A stretch of DNA of 42,333 nt from Bacteroidales bacterium (GTDB lineage: Bacteria > Bacteroidota > Bacteroidia > Bacteroidales > PUMT01): NCBI GenBank assembly GCA_007123885.1, contig SLGC01000016.1:1-42333 (forward strand). Reading direction: 5' to 3'. Each line of letters begins with the position of its first letter. Within the stretch, counting starts at the first letter, position 1. Below, piece by piece: positions 1 through 9,602 of this stretch. The notes under the pieces are model-generated. The model was given only the letters and a program-made list of their open reading frames with translations. It was not told the DNA's origin and searched no databases. A program made the position numbers and the translations under genes.

Positions 1-1
1 A

Positions 2-616
2 AACAAAAACCAGTCCTGTAGTCGTCATCAATCCCTCGAATCCATGGGCAAAGAATGGCGAAAGATTTTGCAGGTACCTGTCTGTTGATTCTGTAAAAAA
101 TATCTCCCTTATTCCCTCTCCCAGAAAAAAGGCAAGTATAACAAGAAGTATAAATACCAGTAACTTTTGCAAGCCCGATGCCTTTTTAACTCCCAGGATA
201 TTCATTATCATGAAAACTATGGCAAAAATTATGGCAGTAAGCTTGACGGGAACATCAAAATAAATTGTCGCATATGCTCCGATGCCAACAAGGGCAAAGG
301 CTGTTTTCAGAATAAGAGCCAGGTAATTGCCTATTCCTCCAATAGTCCCGAAAAGAGGGCCGAGGCTCCTGTCAATGAAAAAATACCCGCCCCCGGCTTT
401 GGGAGTGGCAGTTGCCAGTTCGGCTATGCTGAACATGGCGGGCAGGATGAAAAAGGAAGCAAGTAAATATGCCAGGAATACCGATGGTCCGGATTGCTGA
501 GCGGCTATGCCGGGAAGAAGAAAAAATCCGGCACTGATCATTGATCCCATGCTTATTGCAATTACATCAAACAGGCCGAGTTCCTTTTTAAGCTTAATGA
601 TATCTTTCAACGACAT
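2..616 (-). CDS. APC-family amino acid permease (5' part; runs off the left window edge)
   Basis: Absent from the ORF track. Manual translation from the ATG at 616: MSLKDIIKLKKELGLFDVIAISMGSMISAGFFLLPGIAAQQSGPSVFLAYLLA...AELATATPKAGGGYFFIDRSLGPLFG. The LKKELG, G-x-x-I-x-A-G-x-F, AEL and P-x-A-G-G-x-Y motifs are typical of APC permeases. Confidence 0.9.
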   Translation of the reverse strand, partial: MSLKDIIKLKKELGLFDVIAISMGSMISAGFFLLPGIAAQQSGPSVFLAYLLASFFILPAMFSIAELATATPKAGGGYFFIDRSLGPLFGTIGGIGNYLALILKTAFALVGIGAYATIYFDVPVKLTAIIFAIVFMIMNILGVKKASGLQKLLVFILLVILAFFLGEGIREIFFTESTDRYLQNLSPFFAHGFEGLMTTTGLVFV

Positions 617-708
617 AATGTAAAGATATCAAAAACTTAAAAGGAATAAAACGGCTATCCTGGGGCTATACTCAGTAAAGCCCGGCATCAGAAAGGGACC
701 GGGAAAAA

Positions 709-2106
709 TTAATAATCCCAGCCAGAATCACCATCAAAGGGTGAATCTGGCTGAACGATCGTATCCAGTGGACGGTCATATTCCAGTTTTACAACCATGA
801 CCGTATTACACAATTCGTTGACAGGGAGGTTGATAAGATTAAGGTAGGCCCTTTGTTCCCGGTGGTCCGACGGGTTAAATCTCACTTTAAATTCCACCTC
901 TCTTCCATCATTCAACAGGGAAGCTTTTAAAGGGGCCGTATTTACAGGTCTTAACCTGACAGCGTTCCCGGGGGGTTCGCTGTTAAGATGCACATACAGG
1001 GTGGTACCCCTGCTGGTGAGCATTACATTGCGATTGGATGTTAACGGAGATGCAGGATTGACATCTTCAAGCGATTCTTTGACTTCAGCATACCATTTCC
1101 CAATTCGTTTAAGGATATCGGTGCTTTCTGCCGGCAGGGACCCGTCAGCCGCCGGACCGACATTCAGAAGATAGTTGGCATCCCTGGCAAGAAACCGGTC
1201 AATGCTCCGCATCAGGTGCCTGTCAGTATAAAAGTCTTCATCCTTGCGGTAACCCCAACTTTCCATGCCGACAGACTGGCAGGCTTCTGTAGGCCTGTCA
1301 AACGAGATGAAGTCATCGGACTGATAATCACGTTCAGGAGTGCCGAAATCACCGTCATCAAAACCCCTGTTGTTTATTACTGCATCAGGTTGTAATTTTC
1401 TTATCATCTGGTTTATTGAAGGATCCTTGTAGGCAGGCCGGTTAATATCCCACCAGAAACCATGAATTTTGCCATAGTTTGTACATAATTCGGTTACCTG
1501 GTTCTTTACGAATGACAGGTATTTGTACCAGTCAGGCGAATCCTGGGGCTGTGGTGGAAGTTCGTGTGCCCGCCCCTGGTTGGGATAGTATGGATTATTC
1601 CAGTCCGCTATCGAGTAATAGAGACAAAGGGGTATTCCTCTTTTTTGACAGGCTGCGGCGAGCATTCCGATAATATCCTTTCCATACGGGGTATTCATTG
1701 TGTTAAAATCAGTATGCTTTGTATCCCAGAGACAAAAACCATCATGATGCTTTGTGGTAATACACATGTATTTCATTCCTGTTTCCTCCAGCACATCAAG
1801 CCATTGTTCGGGGTTGAATTTCACAGGGTTCCACAGATCCTTCAATTTCACATATTCATCCCTTTCAATGCGACCACGCCATTGATGCTGCTCATGCCAT
1901 CCGGGAATAGCATAAAGTCCCCAGTGTATGAACATACCGAACCGTTTTTCAAAGAACCAGTCCCTGCCGTCACCAAAACGTTTTAATTTACCGGGGGCAG
2001 GAAGCTGATAGCTCCCGGTGGGCGTTTCTGAATGAGCGAGCAAGGGGTTCAGCATTGCAGCCAATGAAAACCCTGCGGCAGTCTGAACAAAATTCCTGCG
2101 TTTCAT
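709..2106 (-). CDS. Alpha-L-fucosidase, GH29, with Tat signal
   Basis: WF..RFGMFIHWGLYA, KHHDGFCLW, LYYSIADW, WWD nucleophile region, WGY and YLLNVGP motifs; N-terminal KRRNF twin-arginine motif. Confidence 0.9.
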   Translation of the reverse strand: MKRRNFVQTAAGFSLAAMLNPLLAHSETPTGSYQLPAPGKLKRFGDGRDWFFEKRFGMFIHWGLYAIPGWHEQHQWRGRIERDEYVKLKDLWNPVKFNPEQWLDVLEETGMKYMCITTKHHDGFCLWDTKHTDFNTMNTPYGKDIIGMLAAACQKRGIPLCLYYSIADWNNPYYPNQGRAHELPPQPQDSPDWYKYLSFVKNQVTELCTNYGKIHGFWWDINRPAYKDPSINQMIRKLQPDAVINNRGFDDGDFGTPERDYQSDDFISFDRPTEACQSVGMESWGYRKDEDFYTDRHLMRSIDRFLARDANYLLNVGPAADGSLPAESTDILKRIGKWYAEVKESLEDVNPASPLTSNRNVMLTSRGTTLYVHLNSEPPGNAVRLRPVNTAPLKASLLNDGREVEFKVRFNPSDHREQRAYLNLINLPVNELCNTVMVVKLEYDRPLDTIVQPDSPFDGDSGWDY

Positions 2107-2363
2107 AAGGTTTATGAATTAAATTACTGTACCAAGTTAAATATTTTTCGAAGAAAATTCAAAGAATAACCTGCTGGTATGACTTGATGTTATAACTTAG
2201 TATAGTTAATTGCCGTTTGGGTTAAAGATTTTTGTATATTGCTGAAATAGGAGCCATGGCAGGTTCGCGGTACAAGACCATTTAACGTCGGCAACTAACC
2301 ATACCTTTTACGCGATGTCATACCGTTTAGTTTAATTCGCAATCAGACATTAAATAAAATAAG

Positions 2364-2801
2364 ATGCAATACATTTTTGATAGTGGAAAAACATTGAGGT
2401 ATTCCTTTCCAACCCACATAAACGATCTTGTAATGGACAGGTCTGAAGCATCATATTCAGAGGTTTTCCTGGTACTGATTGAATCCGGTAAGGCCCCTCC
2501 CCTTCATAAACATGATGATACCGAACAGATTTTTTATATTATCGGGGGACAGGGTACACTGGTAACCGGCAATAATGACCAGCAGATGTTCGATGTTGAG
2601 CCCGGACACGTTATAAGGATACCTGTTTCAACATGGCATACCATAAGAGCGGATCGTGGGACTGATATCAGATATCTGGCAATTGATTGTTTTGGTTCCA
2701 TACTTAAAGATGATGAGCCTACCTGGGACGCACATGTAAGGACATTGTGCAGGGAACAGGGCTGGGATTACGATGAGGCTACAGATCCTGCTGAAAAATA
2801 A
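2364..2801 (+). CDS. Cupin domain protein
   Basis: PPLHKHDDTEQIFYIIGGQG (H-x-H-x3-E) and PG.VIRIP..TWHTI cupin motifs. Confidence 0.85.
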   Translation: MQYIFDSGKTLRYSFPTHINDLVMDRSEASYSEVFLVLIESGKAPPLHKHDDTEQIFYIIGGQGTLVTGNNDQQMFDVEPGHVIRIPVSTWHTIRADRGTDIRYLAIDCFGSILKDDEPTWDAHVRTLCREQGWDYDEATDPAEK

Positions 2802-2940
2802 ACCCTCAAATCATTGGTTTATTGATTAGTACCTGCATTATCCTTAAGTTATGCTGTAAATATCTACTGCTTTTCATTTCTTAATTACGAAAAAAGATAT
2901 ATTTCACCTGTAAAAACAAGAGTCAAAATTTCGTGAAAAA

Positions 2941-3059
2941 GTTACAAAATTTTGACAGACAGGAGGAACCGCTTCGCTTTCCCATAAAATTTTTTCATCC
3001 GTTTGTGTGTAATTTCGGATAAAAAAAATTCATGTACATTTGTGGAATAAATAATCTAA
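2941..3059 (+). repeat. Diverged direct repeat, copy A (contains promoter box)
   Basis: 3001-3059 matches 3560-3618 at 47/59 positions ungapped (hand count). The upstream blocks GTTA(C)AAAATTT(T)GA and CCGCTTCGC recur at the same ~559-bp offset. Confidence 0.7.
3035..3042 (+). promoter_or_regulatory. Bacteroidota sigma-A -7 box TACATTTG
   Basis: Matches TAnnTTTG; about 50 bp upstream of ORF 3091. Confidence 0.6.
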
Positions 3060-3090
3060 TTATAGTTCTGTTTTTACAACATCTTTTGTT

Positions 3091-3504
3091 TTGGCACTTG
3101 GAGAAATAAAAAAAATAGTCAGGACCGTAAGAACCTTCTCATTAAAAGGAGAAAAAAACTACACTCCGGATGAACTTCAAATCAATGATCTGTTGGATAC
3201 AATCAATGATTTCAAAAAGGAATTACTTGAAAAAAATGAAAGGCTTAACGAAATAAATCAGAGGATAGAGAGACTGAAGAACTACAAAAATACAGTTCTG
3301 ATCAGCGATGTGATTTCCTCAGCCAAAGATCTGTACTCATCACTGATTTGTCAATATGTAATAATGAATGCAATCCAGAAACGTGGGATTGCCAGGTTTG
3401 AAATAACCTGCTATAAAAATTCCATAATCAGATTAAAGGGTGCCTACGAGGAGTTGGAATCCCTGATACCCAAACCTTACATGTCCCATACAGGCTACCG
3501 TTAA
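3091..3504 (+). CDS. Hypothetical alpha-helical/coiled-coil protein, possibly degenerate
   Basis: 137 aa with a TTG start and no in-frame ATG before the upstream stop. Charged helical segment (INDLLDTINDFKKELLEKNERLNEINQRIERL). Preceded by a promoter box. Confidence 0.6.
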   Translation: MALGEIKKIVRTVRTFSLKGEKNYTPDELQINDLLDTINDFKKELLEKNERLNEINQRIERLKNYKNTVLISDVISSAKDLYSSLICQYVIMNAIQKRGIARFEITCYKNSIIRLKGAYEELESLIPKPYMSHTGYR

Positions 3505-3618
3505 AAATTTGAACGTCTGAATCACCCCGCTTCGCCGGTTGTTTTCCCATTTCCATCTAGTCTGTGTGTAATTTAGCTGAAAAAAATTTCATATATATTT
3601 GTGAAAATAACAATCTAA
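3500..3618 (+). repeat. Diverged direct repeat, copy B (contains promoter box)
   Basis: Partner of copy A; contains TATATTTG at 3594-3601. Confidence 0.7.
3594..3601 (+). promoter_or_regulatory. Bacteroidota -7 box TATATTTG
   Basis: TAnnTTTG about 30 bp upstream of the ATG at 3631. Confidence 0.65.
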
Positions 3619-3630
3619 AACATAAATATT

Positions 3631-4884
3631 ATGAGCAGCCTGATCAAGCCCTCTATTATTTCATGGTTAACCGCCTTTATATTGCAGGGTTGCATGGCAC
3701 CCGGACAGGATACGGAATCCCTGCTTCCCGCCCGCCCGGGAGAAACTGTCAGGGTATCAACTGAGCACGAACTCCATAGTGCCATCAGGGAAGCAGAACC
3801 CGATCAGACTATCATAATAGAAGATGGTGTTTACCAGCTTACACGGGAAGTTGTAATAGACGGCAAATACCGGTTAACCATTCGTGGTGCATCCGCTGAC
3901 GCTTCAAGGGTTGTGCTGAAGGCAGGCGGATGGGGAGATTATTACAATAACCGGGAGGCTTTTCAGCCCAACAATGCAATCGTGATTGTGAACAGCGATG
4001 ATATCACCATCGCCGACCTGACTATCGCAGAGGCAAGCCTTTATGGGATAAAACTTGAGGCCGGTGGAGACAATGTCAGGTTCAACCCTTCGAACATCAA
4101 TATACTCCGGTGTAACTTTATGAATATAGCAGTCAGGGCAATCAAGGGGACTGCTTCAAGAAACCAGGAACATCTTGTCGGTGGCTCGGTAAGGTTCTGC
4201 AGGTTTGAAAATACAAAGACACCCGAAAGTTCATGGCTGTTCAATGGAAACTACGTCTCTTCCATTGACATGATGTATCTCAGGGACTGGACCTTCAGTG
4301 ACAATGTCTTTTACAATATCAGGGGTGCAGGCGGCGGAGGGCGGGGTGCCATATTCATATGGAACCAGAGCCGTAATATTATTGCAGAGCGCAATATATT
4401 TGTTGGCTGTGACCGGAGTATATCCTTTGGCAACCCTTCCGAGCCTACCTTATGGCAACCGGGAACATTGCACAACTATGACGGGATCATAAGGAATAAT
4501 TTCATTGTATCCGAACGGGGAACCGGCATAGAGGTGATATGGGCCGATAATGTACAAGTATATCACAATACAATCCTTGGCCCTGATCTGCAATTCCGGG
4601 GCATCCGATATCTGCAAAAAATCAGCCGTCTTCATATTGCCAACAACCTGGTTCAGGGTCGCATTATCGGCGAAGATGCCAAAGCGCAAATGGATGGTAA
4701 CTATACGGGTAATCTGGATGGATATTTTATCAGCCCTGCTGTCGGGAATCTGCGTCTGACGGCACATGCTGTCAATGCCATGGGCAAAGGCATTCCCTTA
4801 CCCCCGGTTCAATATGATATCGACGGGATGAGCCGAAAAACCCCTCCTGATCCGGGAGCACATGAATTTCAACAAAACCAATAA
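3631..4884 (+). CDS. Right-handed parallel beta-helix lipoprotein (pectin lyase-like fold)
   Basis: Lipobox ILQG-C; GDT-like 'PDQTIIIEDGVY' start; Asn/Ile-rich repeats (SDNVFYNI, AERNIF, IRNNFI, VYHNTI); C-terminal D-I-D-G..R...PDPGAHE motif. Confidence 0.8.
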   Translation: MSSLIKPSIISWLTAFILQGCMAPGQDTESLLPARPGETVRVSTEHELHSAIREAEPDQTIIIEDGVYQLTREVVIDGKYRLTIRGASADASRVVLKAGGWGDYYNNREAFQPNNAIVIVNSDDITIADLTIAEASLYGIKLEAGGDNVRFNPSNINILRCNFMNIAVRAIKGTASRNQEHLVGGSVRFCRFENTKTPESSWLFNGNYVSSIDMMYLRDWTFSDNVFYNIRGAGGGGRGAIFIWNQSRNIIAERNIFVGCDRSISFGNPSEPTLWQPGTLHNYDGIIRNNFIVSERGTGIEVIWADNVQVYHNTILGPDLQFRGIRYLQKISRLHIANNLVQGRIIGEDAKAQMDGNYTGNLDGYFISPAVGNLRLTAHAVNAMGKGIPLPPVQYDIDGMSRKTPPDPGAHEFQQNQ

Positions 4885-4899
4885 TAAGGAGGTTTTCTC

Positions 4900-6879
4900 A
4901 TGAACAACAAAAACAAAATTATTTTTGCCGGTCTTGCAGTGCTGCTTATTTCTTCAGGTTGCAGGGAAGAGACCCTGGAAATTGCAATCTCGGATCCTAT
5001 GGTCAAGGTTTTTCCGGATACTTTTAACCGGAATGATGATACATTGCTGCTTAGATTCAAATGTGCAGCCAATGAATATGAGCCTGCACAATTCATATTA
5101 AGATCCAATGTCGATCTGGAAGGTGTCACGGTTGAGATCGGAGACCTGGAAAACAGCGATGGACATGTAATAACCGGCCTGACCTGGAACTTTGTTGGTT
5201 TCATACCACTGGAAACAAATACACCCGATACCGGCAGAATTAGCAGCTGCGGCACACACGCCCATGTTCCTGCCGGAAGGGAGTTGATCAGGCTGGCACC
5301 CTGTGAGATCCCCGATCCGTTGCTGGAAGAGAGGAAGATAGATCTGCAAGCAGGCCGGAGCCAGCCGGTCTGGGTCACCGTATATGTGCCTCCTGCCACT
5401 CCTCCCGGCATATATACAGGACAGGCCAGGGTATTAAATCCCCTGGGCGAACAGCAAATACCCATTGAACTGGAAGTTTATCCATTTGAACTGCCCGATG
5501 AAAGGAATATGTACCTGACAAACTGGTTCACACATGGCCATATTGCCAGGGCGCATGACCTTGAATTATTCAGTGAGGAGTTCTGGGATATGCTGGCCCG
5601 ATATGCAAAAAACCTGGCAGACCACAGGCAAAACGTTGCATATACACCATGGCAGATCATACAGATATTTCGCGAAGGGGGGATCTGGAACTTCGATTAC
5701 TCAAATTTTGACCGGTTTGTGGAAACATTTATTGAGGCAGGCGTTATCGGCAGAATTGAAATCCGGCATATAGGAGCACCTTCCCGGGGTGAGTATGTCG
5801 GAATGGGGCTTTATGACCTGACTGTCATTGACTTGTCGGCAGGAGATACTCTCAGAGTGCCGGGAGAAGAGGGAATGCCCTATTTGCTTGCAGATCTTCA
5901 AAGACATCTCGCTGCAAAAGGATGGCTTGAAAAAACACTGATCCATGTATCTGATGAACCTAATTACTATACGATAGGAGAATGGAAAAAGATCGCAAGG
6001 TGGGTTAAACAATACGCACCTGATATAAAAACCATCGATGCAATTTCTGCCACCGGCTTTGAAGGCTTGCTGGATGTAGGAGTGCCGCTTATCAGTAAGC
6101 TTCAGACAGAACCTCAAACATACAGGGGATTCCAGGAAGAGCCCGGAAGCGAGCTCTGGTTTTACACAGCCTGTGTTCCCTACGGACACTATCCTAACAG
6201 GTTCCTTGATTATCCTCTGACCGACATGCGGATCATGCACTGGTTAAACTACATGTTTGATATTGAAGGATATCTTCATTGGGGATTGACATACTGGGGA
6301 AGTGATCCATTTGGTCCCCAGAGAAATTTCCCTCCCGGTGATTCACATATAATTTATCCCGGAAACGAAGGTCCCCTGAATTCAATAAGGTGGGAAATCC
6401 AAAGGGAGAGTATCGAAGATTTTGAATATTTCCGTTTACTGGAAACCAAAACAGATGAGGTAAAGAAAATCCTGGGACCTGCCGCCGACAGGGTCCCTTC
6501 TGATTTCAGGAGCAAGGAAATTGGCGGCATGGTGGTAAAAAGCCTGGCGGAATATGTTATGGATCCTGAAGCGATCTCCAGGGCCAGGGATCTGCTGGCA
6601 TTTGAAATATCAAATATAGATCAGTCTCCCCTTATATTGTTCAGGACATACCCTGATGTTAACACACCGGTATTCATTGGACCCGCAAGAGTTACCATCT
6701 TTGGTGTGGCAGAAGACCATGCGGAAGTTGTGGTTAATGGCCGGCAGGTGGAAATATTGCCTGATGGCAGTTTTGTGGCGGTTGCAAATGTAGAATCCGA
6801 AAATAACAGGACAGTCAGGATTGAAGTGGAGAAAAACGGTCAGACGAAAATAATTGAAAGGGAATTTGAAGTAAGGTAA
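4900..6879 (+). CDS. DUF4091/GH123-like glycoside hydrolase lipoprotein (putative beta-N-acetylhexosaminidase) with C-terminal Ig-like domain
   Basis: Lipobox ISSG-C; NEYEPAQF, PDPL, QPVWVTVYVP...PPGIYTG; catalytic DEP (HVSDEPN); LWFY, GYLHW, PGD..IIYPG, SIRWE..RESIEDFEY (DUF4091). Confidence 0.8.
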   Translation: MNNKNKIIFAGLAVLLISSGCREETLEIAISDPMVKVFPDTFNRNDDTLLLRFKCAANEYEPAQFILRSNVDLEGVTVEIGDLENSDGHVITGLTWNFVGFIPLETNTPDTGRISSCGTHAHVPAGRELIRLAPCEIPDPLLEERKIDLQAGRSQPVWVTVYVPPATPPGIYTGQARVLNPLGEQQIPIELEVYPFELPDERNMYLTNWFTHGHIARAHDLELFSEEFWDMLARYAKNLADHRQNVAYTPWQIIQIFREGGIWNFDYSNFDRFVETFIEAGVIGRIEIRHIGAPSRGEYVGMGLYDLTVIDLSAGDTLRVPGEEGMPYLLADLQRHLAAKGWLEKTLIHVSDEPNYYTIGEWKKIARWVKQYAPDIKTIDAISATGFEGLLDVGVPLISKLQTEPQTYRGFQEEPGSELWFYTACVPYGHYPNRFLDYPLTDMRIMHWLNYMFDIEGYLHWGLTYWGSDPFGPQRNFPPGDSHIIYPGNEGPLNSIRWEIQRESIEDFEYFRLLETKTDEVKKILGPAADRVPSDFRSKEIGGMVVKSLAEYVMDPEAISRARDLLAFEISNIDQSPLILFRTYPDVNTPVFIGPARVTIFGVAEDHAEVVVNGRQVEILPDGSFVAVANVESENNRTVRIEVEKNGQTKIIEREFEVR

Positions 6880-6923
6880 GCCAATTCTGAACAAATTCGC
6901 GCCAACTTTTATATTGAAATTGG

Positions 6924-6931
6924 TAAATTTG
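6924..6931 (+). promoter_or_regulatory. -7 box TAAATTTG
   Basis: TAnnTTTG upstream of the ADH gene. Confidence 0.55.
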
Positions 6932-6982
6932 AGTGGCAGGAAAGTTTTATTGAAATTAATTTAAACTTTATAAAAATCAGAT

Positions 6983-8128
6983 ATGAACAATTTTATATAT
7001 CATAACCCAACCAGACTGGCCTTTGGAAAGGGACAGATTTCAACACTGTCTGAGCTTATTTCCGGGGAGAACAACCTGATGATCACATTCGGGGGCGGGA
7101 GTGTCAAAACCAATGGCGTTTATGATCAGGTCAGGAATGCACTTTCAAATCATGATTATATTGAATTCTGGGGAATCGAGCCCAATCCCACCGTAGAAAC
7201 ACTAAGAAAAGCAGTAAATACAGCCAAGGAAAATTCGATTGACTTTCTACTTGCCGTTGGCGGCGGTTCGGTTCTCGATGGAACGAAACTTATAGCTGCA
7301 GGCATCTGTTACGATGGTGATCCCTGGGAAATAGTCCTGAACCGCAATGGCGGAAGATCCGTACCCTACGGTTCAGTTCTTACCCTGCCCGCCACCGGTT
7401 CTGAAATGAACAGGAACTCGGTAATTTCACGCGCGGAAACAAATGAAAAATTTGCTTTTATAAGCAGCAGGTATCCTGATTTTTCAATTCTTGACCCGAT
7501 GGTAACCTTTTCCCTCCCACCCTACCAGATAGCATGCGGGTTGACTGATACCTATGTTCATGTGGTGGAACAATATATGACCTCTACGGGGCAGTCAAGA
7601 ATAATGGACCGCTGGGCAGAAGGCATAATGCTGACAATGCTGGAACTTGCACCACTGATCAGGGAAAATCACCGTGATTATGACCTGATGGCGGATTTTA
7701 TGCTGTCAGCAACTCTGGCACTGAACGATATGATCCGTATGGGTATCAGCGAGGACTGGACTACTCACATGATCGGACATGAGCTGACGGCCCTGCATGG
7801 AATTACCCACGGGGAATCGCTTGCAATGGTGCTGCCGGGAACATTGCGCACCCTGAAGGAACAGAAACGGGGCAAGCTTCTGCAGTATGCCGAAAGGGTT
7901 TTCGGCATAACAGAAGGATACGAAGAGGAACGTATAGAGCAGGCAATAGAGAAAACGGAAAACTTTTTCCGCTCCCTGGGACTTTCCACCAGGATTTCGG
8001 AAGCCGAGATAGGTATTGAAACGATTGAAAGTATCGCTGACAGGTTCAATAAAAAAGGTGTGACATACGGTGAAAACAAAAATGTTACCGGAGATGTTGC
8101 CAGACGAATCCTGATGGAATGCCTGTGA
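6983..8128 (+). CDS. Iron-containing alcohol dehydrogenase (YqhD/BdhA-like NAD(P)H aldehyde reductase)
   Basis: MNNF.YHNPT..FGKG, GGGS, GIEPNP, AVGGGSVLDGTK, TLPATGSE, DWTTHMIGHELTALHGITHG metal-binding His motif. Confidence 0.93.
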   Translation: MNNFIYHNPTRLAFGKGQISTLSELISGENNLMITFGGGSVKTNGVYDQVRNALSNHDYIEFWGIEPNPTVETLRKAVNTAKENSIDFLLAVGGGSVLDGTKLIAAGICYDGDPWEIVLNRNGGRSVPYGSVLTLPATGSEMNRNSVISRAETNEKFAFISSRYPDFSILDPMVTFSLPPYQIACGLTDTYVHVVEQYMTSTGQSRIMDRWAEGIMLTMLELAPLIRENHRDYDLMADFMLSATLALNDMIRMGISEDWTTHMIGHELTALHGITHGESLAMVLPGTLRTLKEQKRGKLLQYAERVFGITEGYEEERIEQAIEKTENFFRSLGLSTRISEAEIGIETIESIADRFNKKGVTYGENKNVTGDVARRILMECL

Positions 8129-8331
8129 TGGTGACCCATCCGGCCACTAATCCCGGTTTTACCCATATAGTCAGCTATATCAGCTTAATTACTCATTGGA
8201 ATCTGGTCAAACGGATCGATTTTACCGGAATGAATTTCATAAAGCCTCATGGCAGTTTCCGATACGGCCTCAACCATGTGGTTTTTCGGCATTTATATAA
8301 ATCTACGATGAAGTTCATGAAAATCAAAATT

Positions 8332-8362
8332 TTTGCAGCATCATGTTTCTTCATTACATTTG
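8332..8362 (+). promoter_or_regulatory. Full Bacteroidota promoter TTTG-N19-TACATTTG
   Basis: TTTG at 8332-8335 and TACATTTG at 8355-8362, canonical spacing. It lies inside the long ORF call, so it supports a start at 8421. Confidence 0.7.
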
Positions 8363-8420
8363 CAACAGGTCATTAGCAAATCGTTACGGCAGAATTGCAC
8401 CTGAACATAATAATATACCT

Positions 8421-9578
8421 ATGACATCAAAGGAACGGTTTCTTGCAGCCCTGAAAAACGAGAAGGCCGACAGGTTGCCCGTGACAACTCACCATGTTAT
8501 GCCATCGTTTTTGAAAAATTATCTGGACGGGGCTTCCAGTCAGGATTTTTTTGAAAGATTTGGTCTGGATCCGATAAACTGGGTCATGGCTTATGATTAT
8601 ACCCCGGGAAAAGGGGAATATTTTGATCCCGGACACACAGAAATGGGGTTCCTGGAAGCAAGAAGAGTGGTCTCGGATAACTGGCAGGTGAAAATTGCAA
8701 AACTGGAAGGCTTTTCCTGTCCCACAAGCAGATTCAGTATCATTACTCCCGAAAAAACACTTTCAATAGTATTGCAATCTGATCAGCATTCTACCTGGTT
8801 GAAGGAACCCCTTATAAAAAAGAAGTCGGATATCGATATCCTGGCTAAATATATGACCTATCCCAAATGCAAGGTGGAGGAAATAAACAAGACCGCTGAT
8901 GAATATGGAAACCGTGGATTGATACGGGGTCATATAATGGCTTTTGAAGGATTCGGCCAGCCCGGCTGCTGGCAGGATGCATCATGTTTATACGGCATTG
9001 AAAATCTGATCATGGCCGCTTTTGAGGATCCCCAATGGGTGCATAGCTTCCTTGGGATCCTCCGGGACCGGAAAAAGGTATATATTGAATCACTCAAAGG
9101 GGCAAAATATGACATCCTGGAGCTGGGCGGCGGTGATGCATCAACCACTGTTATCTCTCCGGATATTTTCAACGAGTTTGTGGCACCATACGATGCCTCA
9201 CTGATTGAATCAGCACATAAGGCAGGGCAGCGCATTGTCTACCATACCTGCGGAGGGATGATGCCTGTTCTGGAAGATATTGCAGCAATGAAGCCCGATG
9301 CTATGGAAACTTTTACTCCGGCAGGTATGGGTGGCGACGCGATCCTGAGTGAAGCCTGGAGGCGGATCGGTGATCAGGTATGCATGATCGGTGGTTTCGA
9401 CCAGTTTCATTATTTCACTGGCTGCAGCGAAGAAGAGGTAAGGAAGGAAGTAAGGCGTTGTTTCATGGAAGCCGGCGAAGGAGGCGGATTTATCCTGTCA
9501 CCGTCCGATCACTTTTTTGATGCCGAATTGAACCTGATTGAGGCTTATGCCGATGAAGCACGGAAATGCACCTACTGA
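8421..9578 (+). CDS. Uroporphyrinogen decarboxylase (URO-D)/MtaA-CmuA-like family protein
   Basis: MTSKERFLAAL...DRLPV N-terminus (start moved from 8343 to 8421), ISPDIFNEFVAPY, HTCG, GGFDQ, GGGFILSPSDH. Lacks the HemE W.MRQAGR motif. Confidence 0.85.
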   Translation: MTSKERFLAALKNEKADRLPVTTHHVMPSFLKNYLDGASSQDFFERFGLDPINWVMAYDYTPGKGEYFDPGHTEMGFLEARRVVSDNWQVKIAKLEGFSCPTSRFSIITPEKTLSIVLQSDQHSTWLKEPLIKKKSDIDILAKYMTYPKCKVEEINKTADEYGNRGLIRGHIMAFEGFGQPGCWQDASCLYGIENLIMAAFEDPQWVHSFLGILRDRKKVYIESLKGAKYDILELGGGDASTTVISPDIFNEFVAPYDASLIESAHKAGQRIVYHTCGGMMPVLEDIAAMKPDAMETFTPAGMGGDAILSEAWRRIGDQVCMIGGFDQFHYFTGCSEEEVRKEVRRCFMEAGEGGGFILSPSDHFFDAELNLIEAYADEARKCTY

Positions 9579-9602
9579 TCTTATTTCCTTACTCTGGTAA
9601 CA

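Noticed and set aside
167-466. 99-aa + strand ORF
   Set aside because: Antisense shadow of the APC permease on the minus strand.
709-2801. GWDY shared near the C-termini of GH29 and the cupin
   Set aside because: A four-residue match in unrelated folds; likely chance.
8343-8420. N-terminal extension of the URO-D ORF, and ORF 8119-8376
   Set aside because: A canonical promoter lies within it, and the family-type N-terminus starts at 8421.
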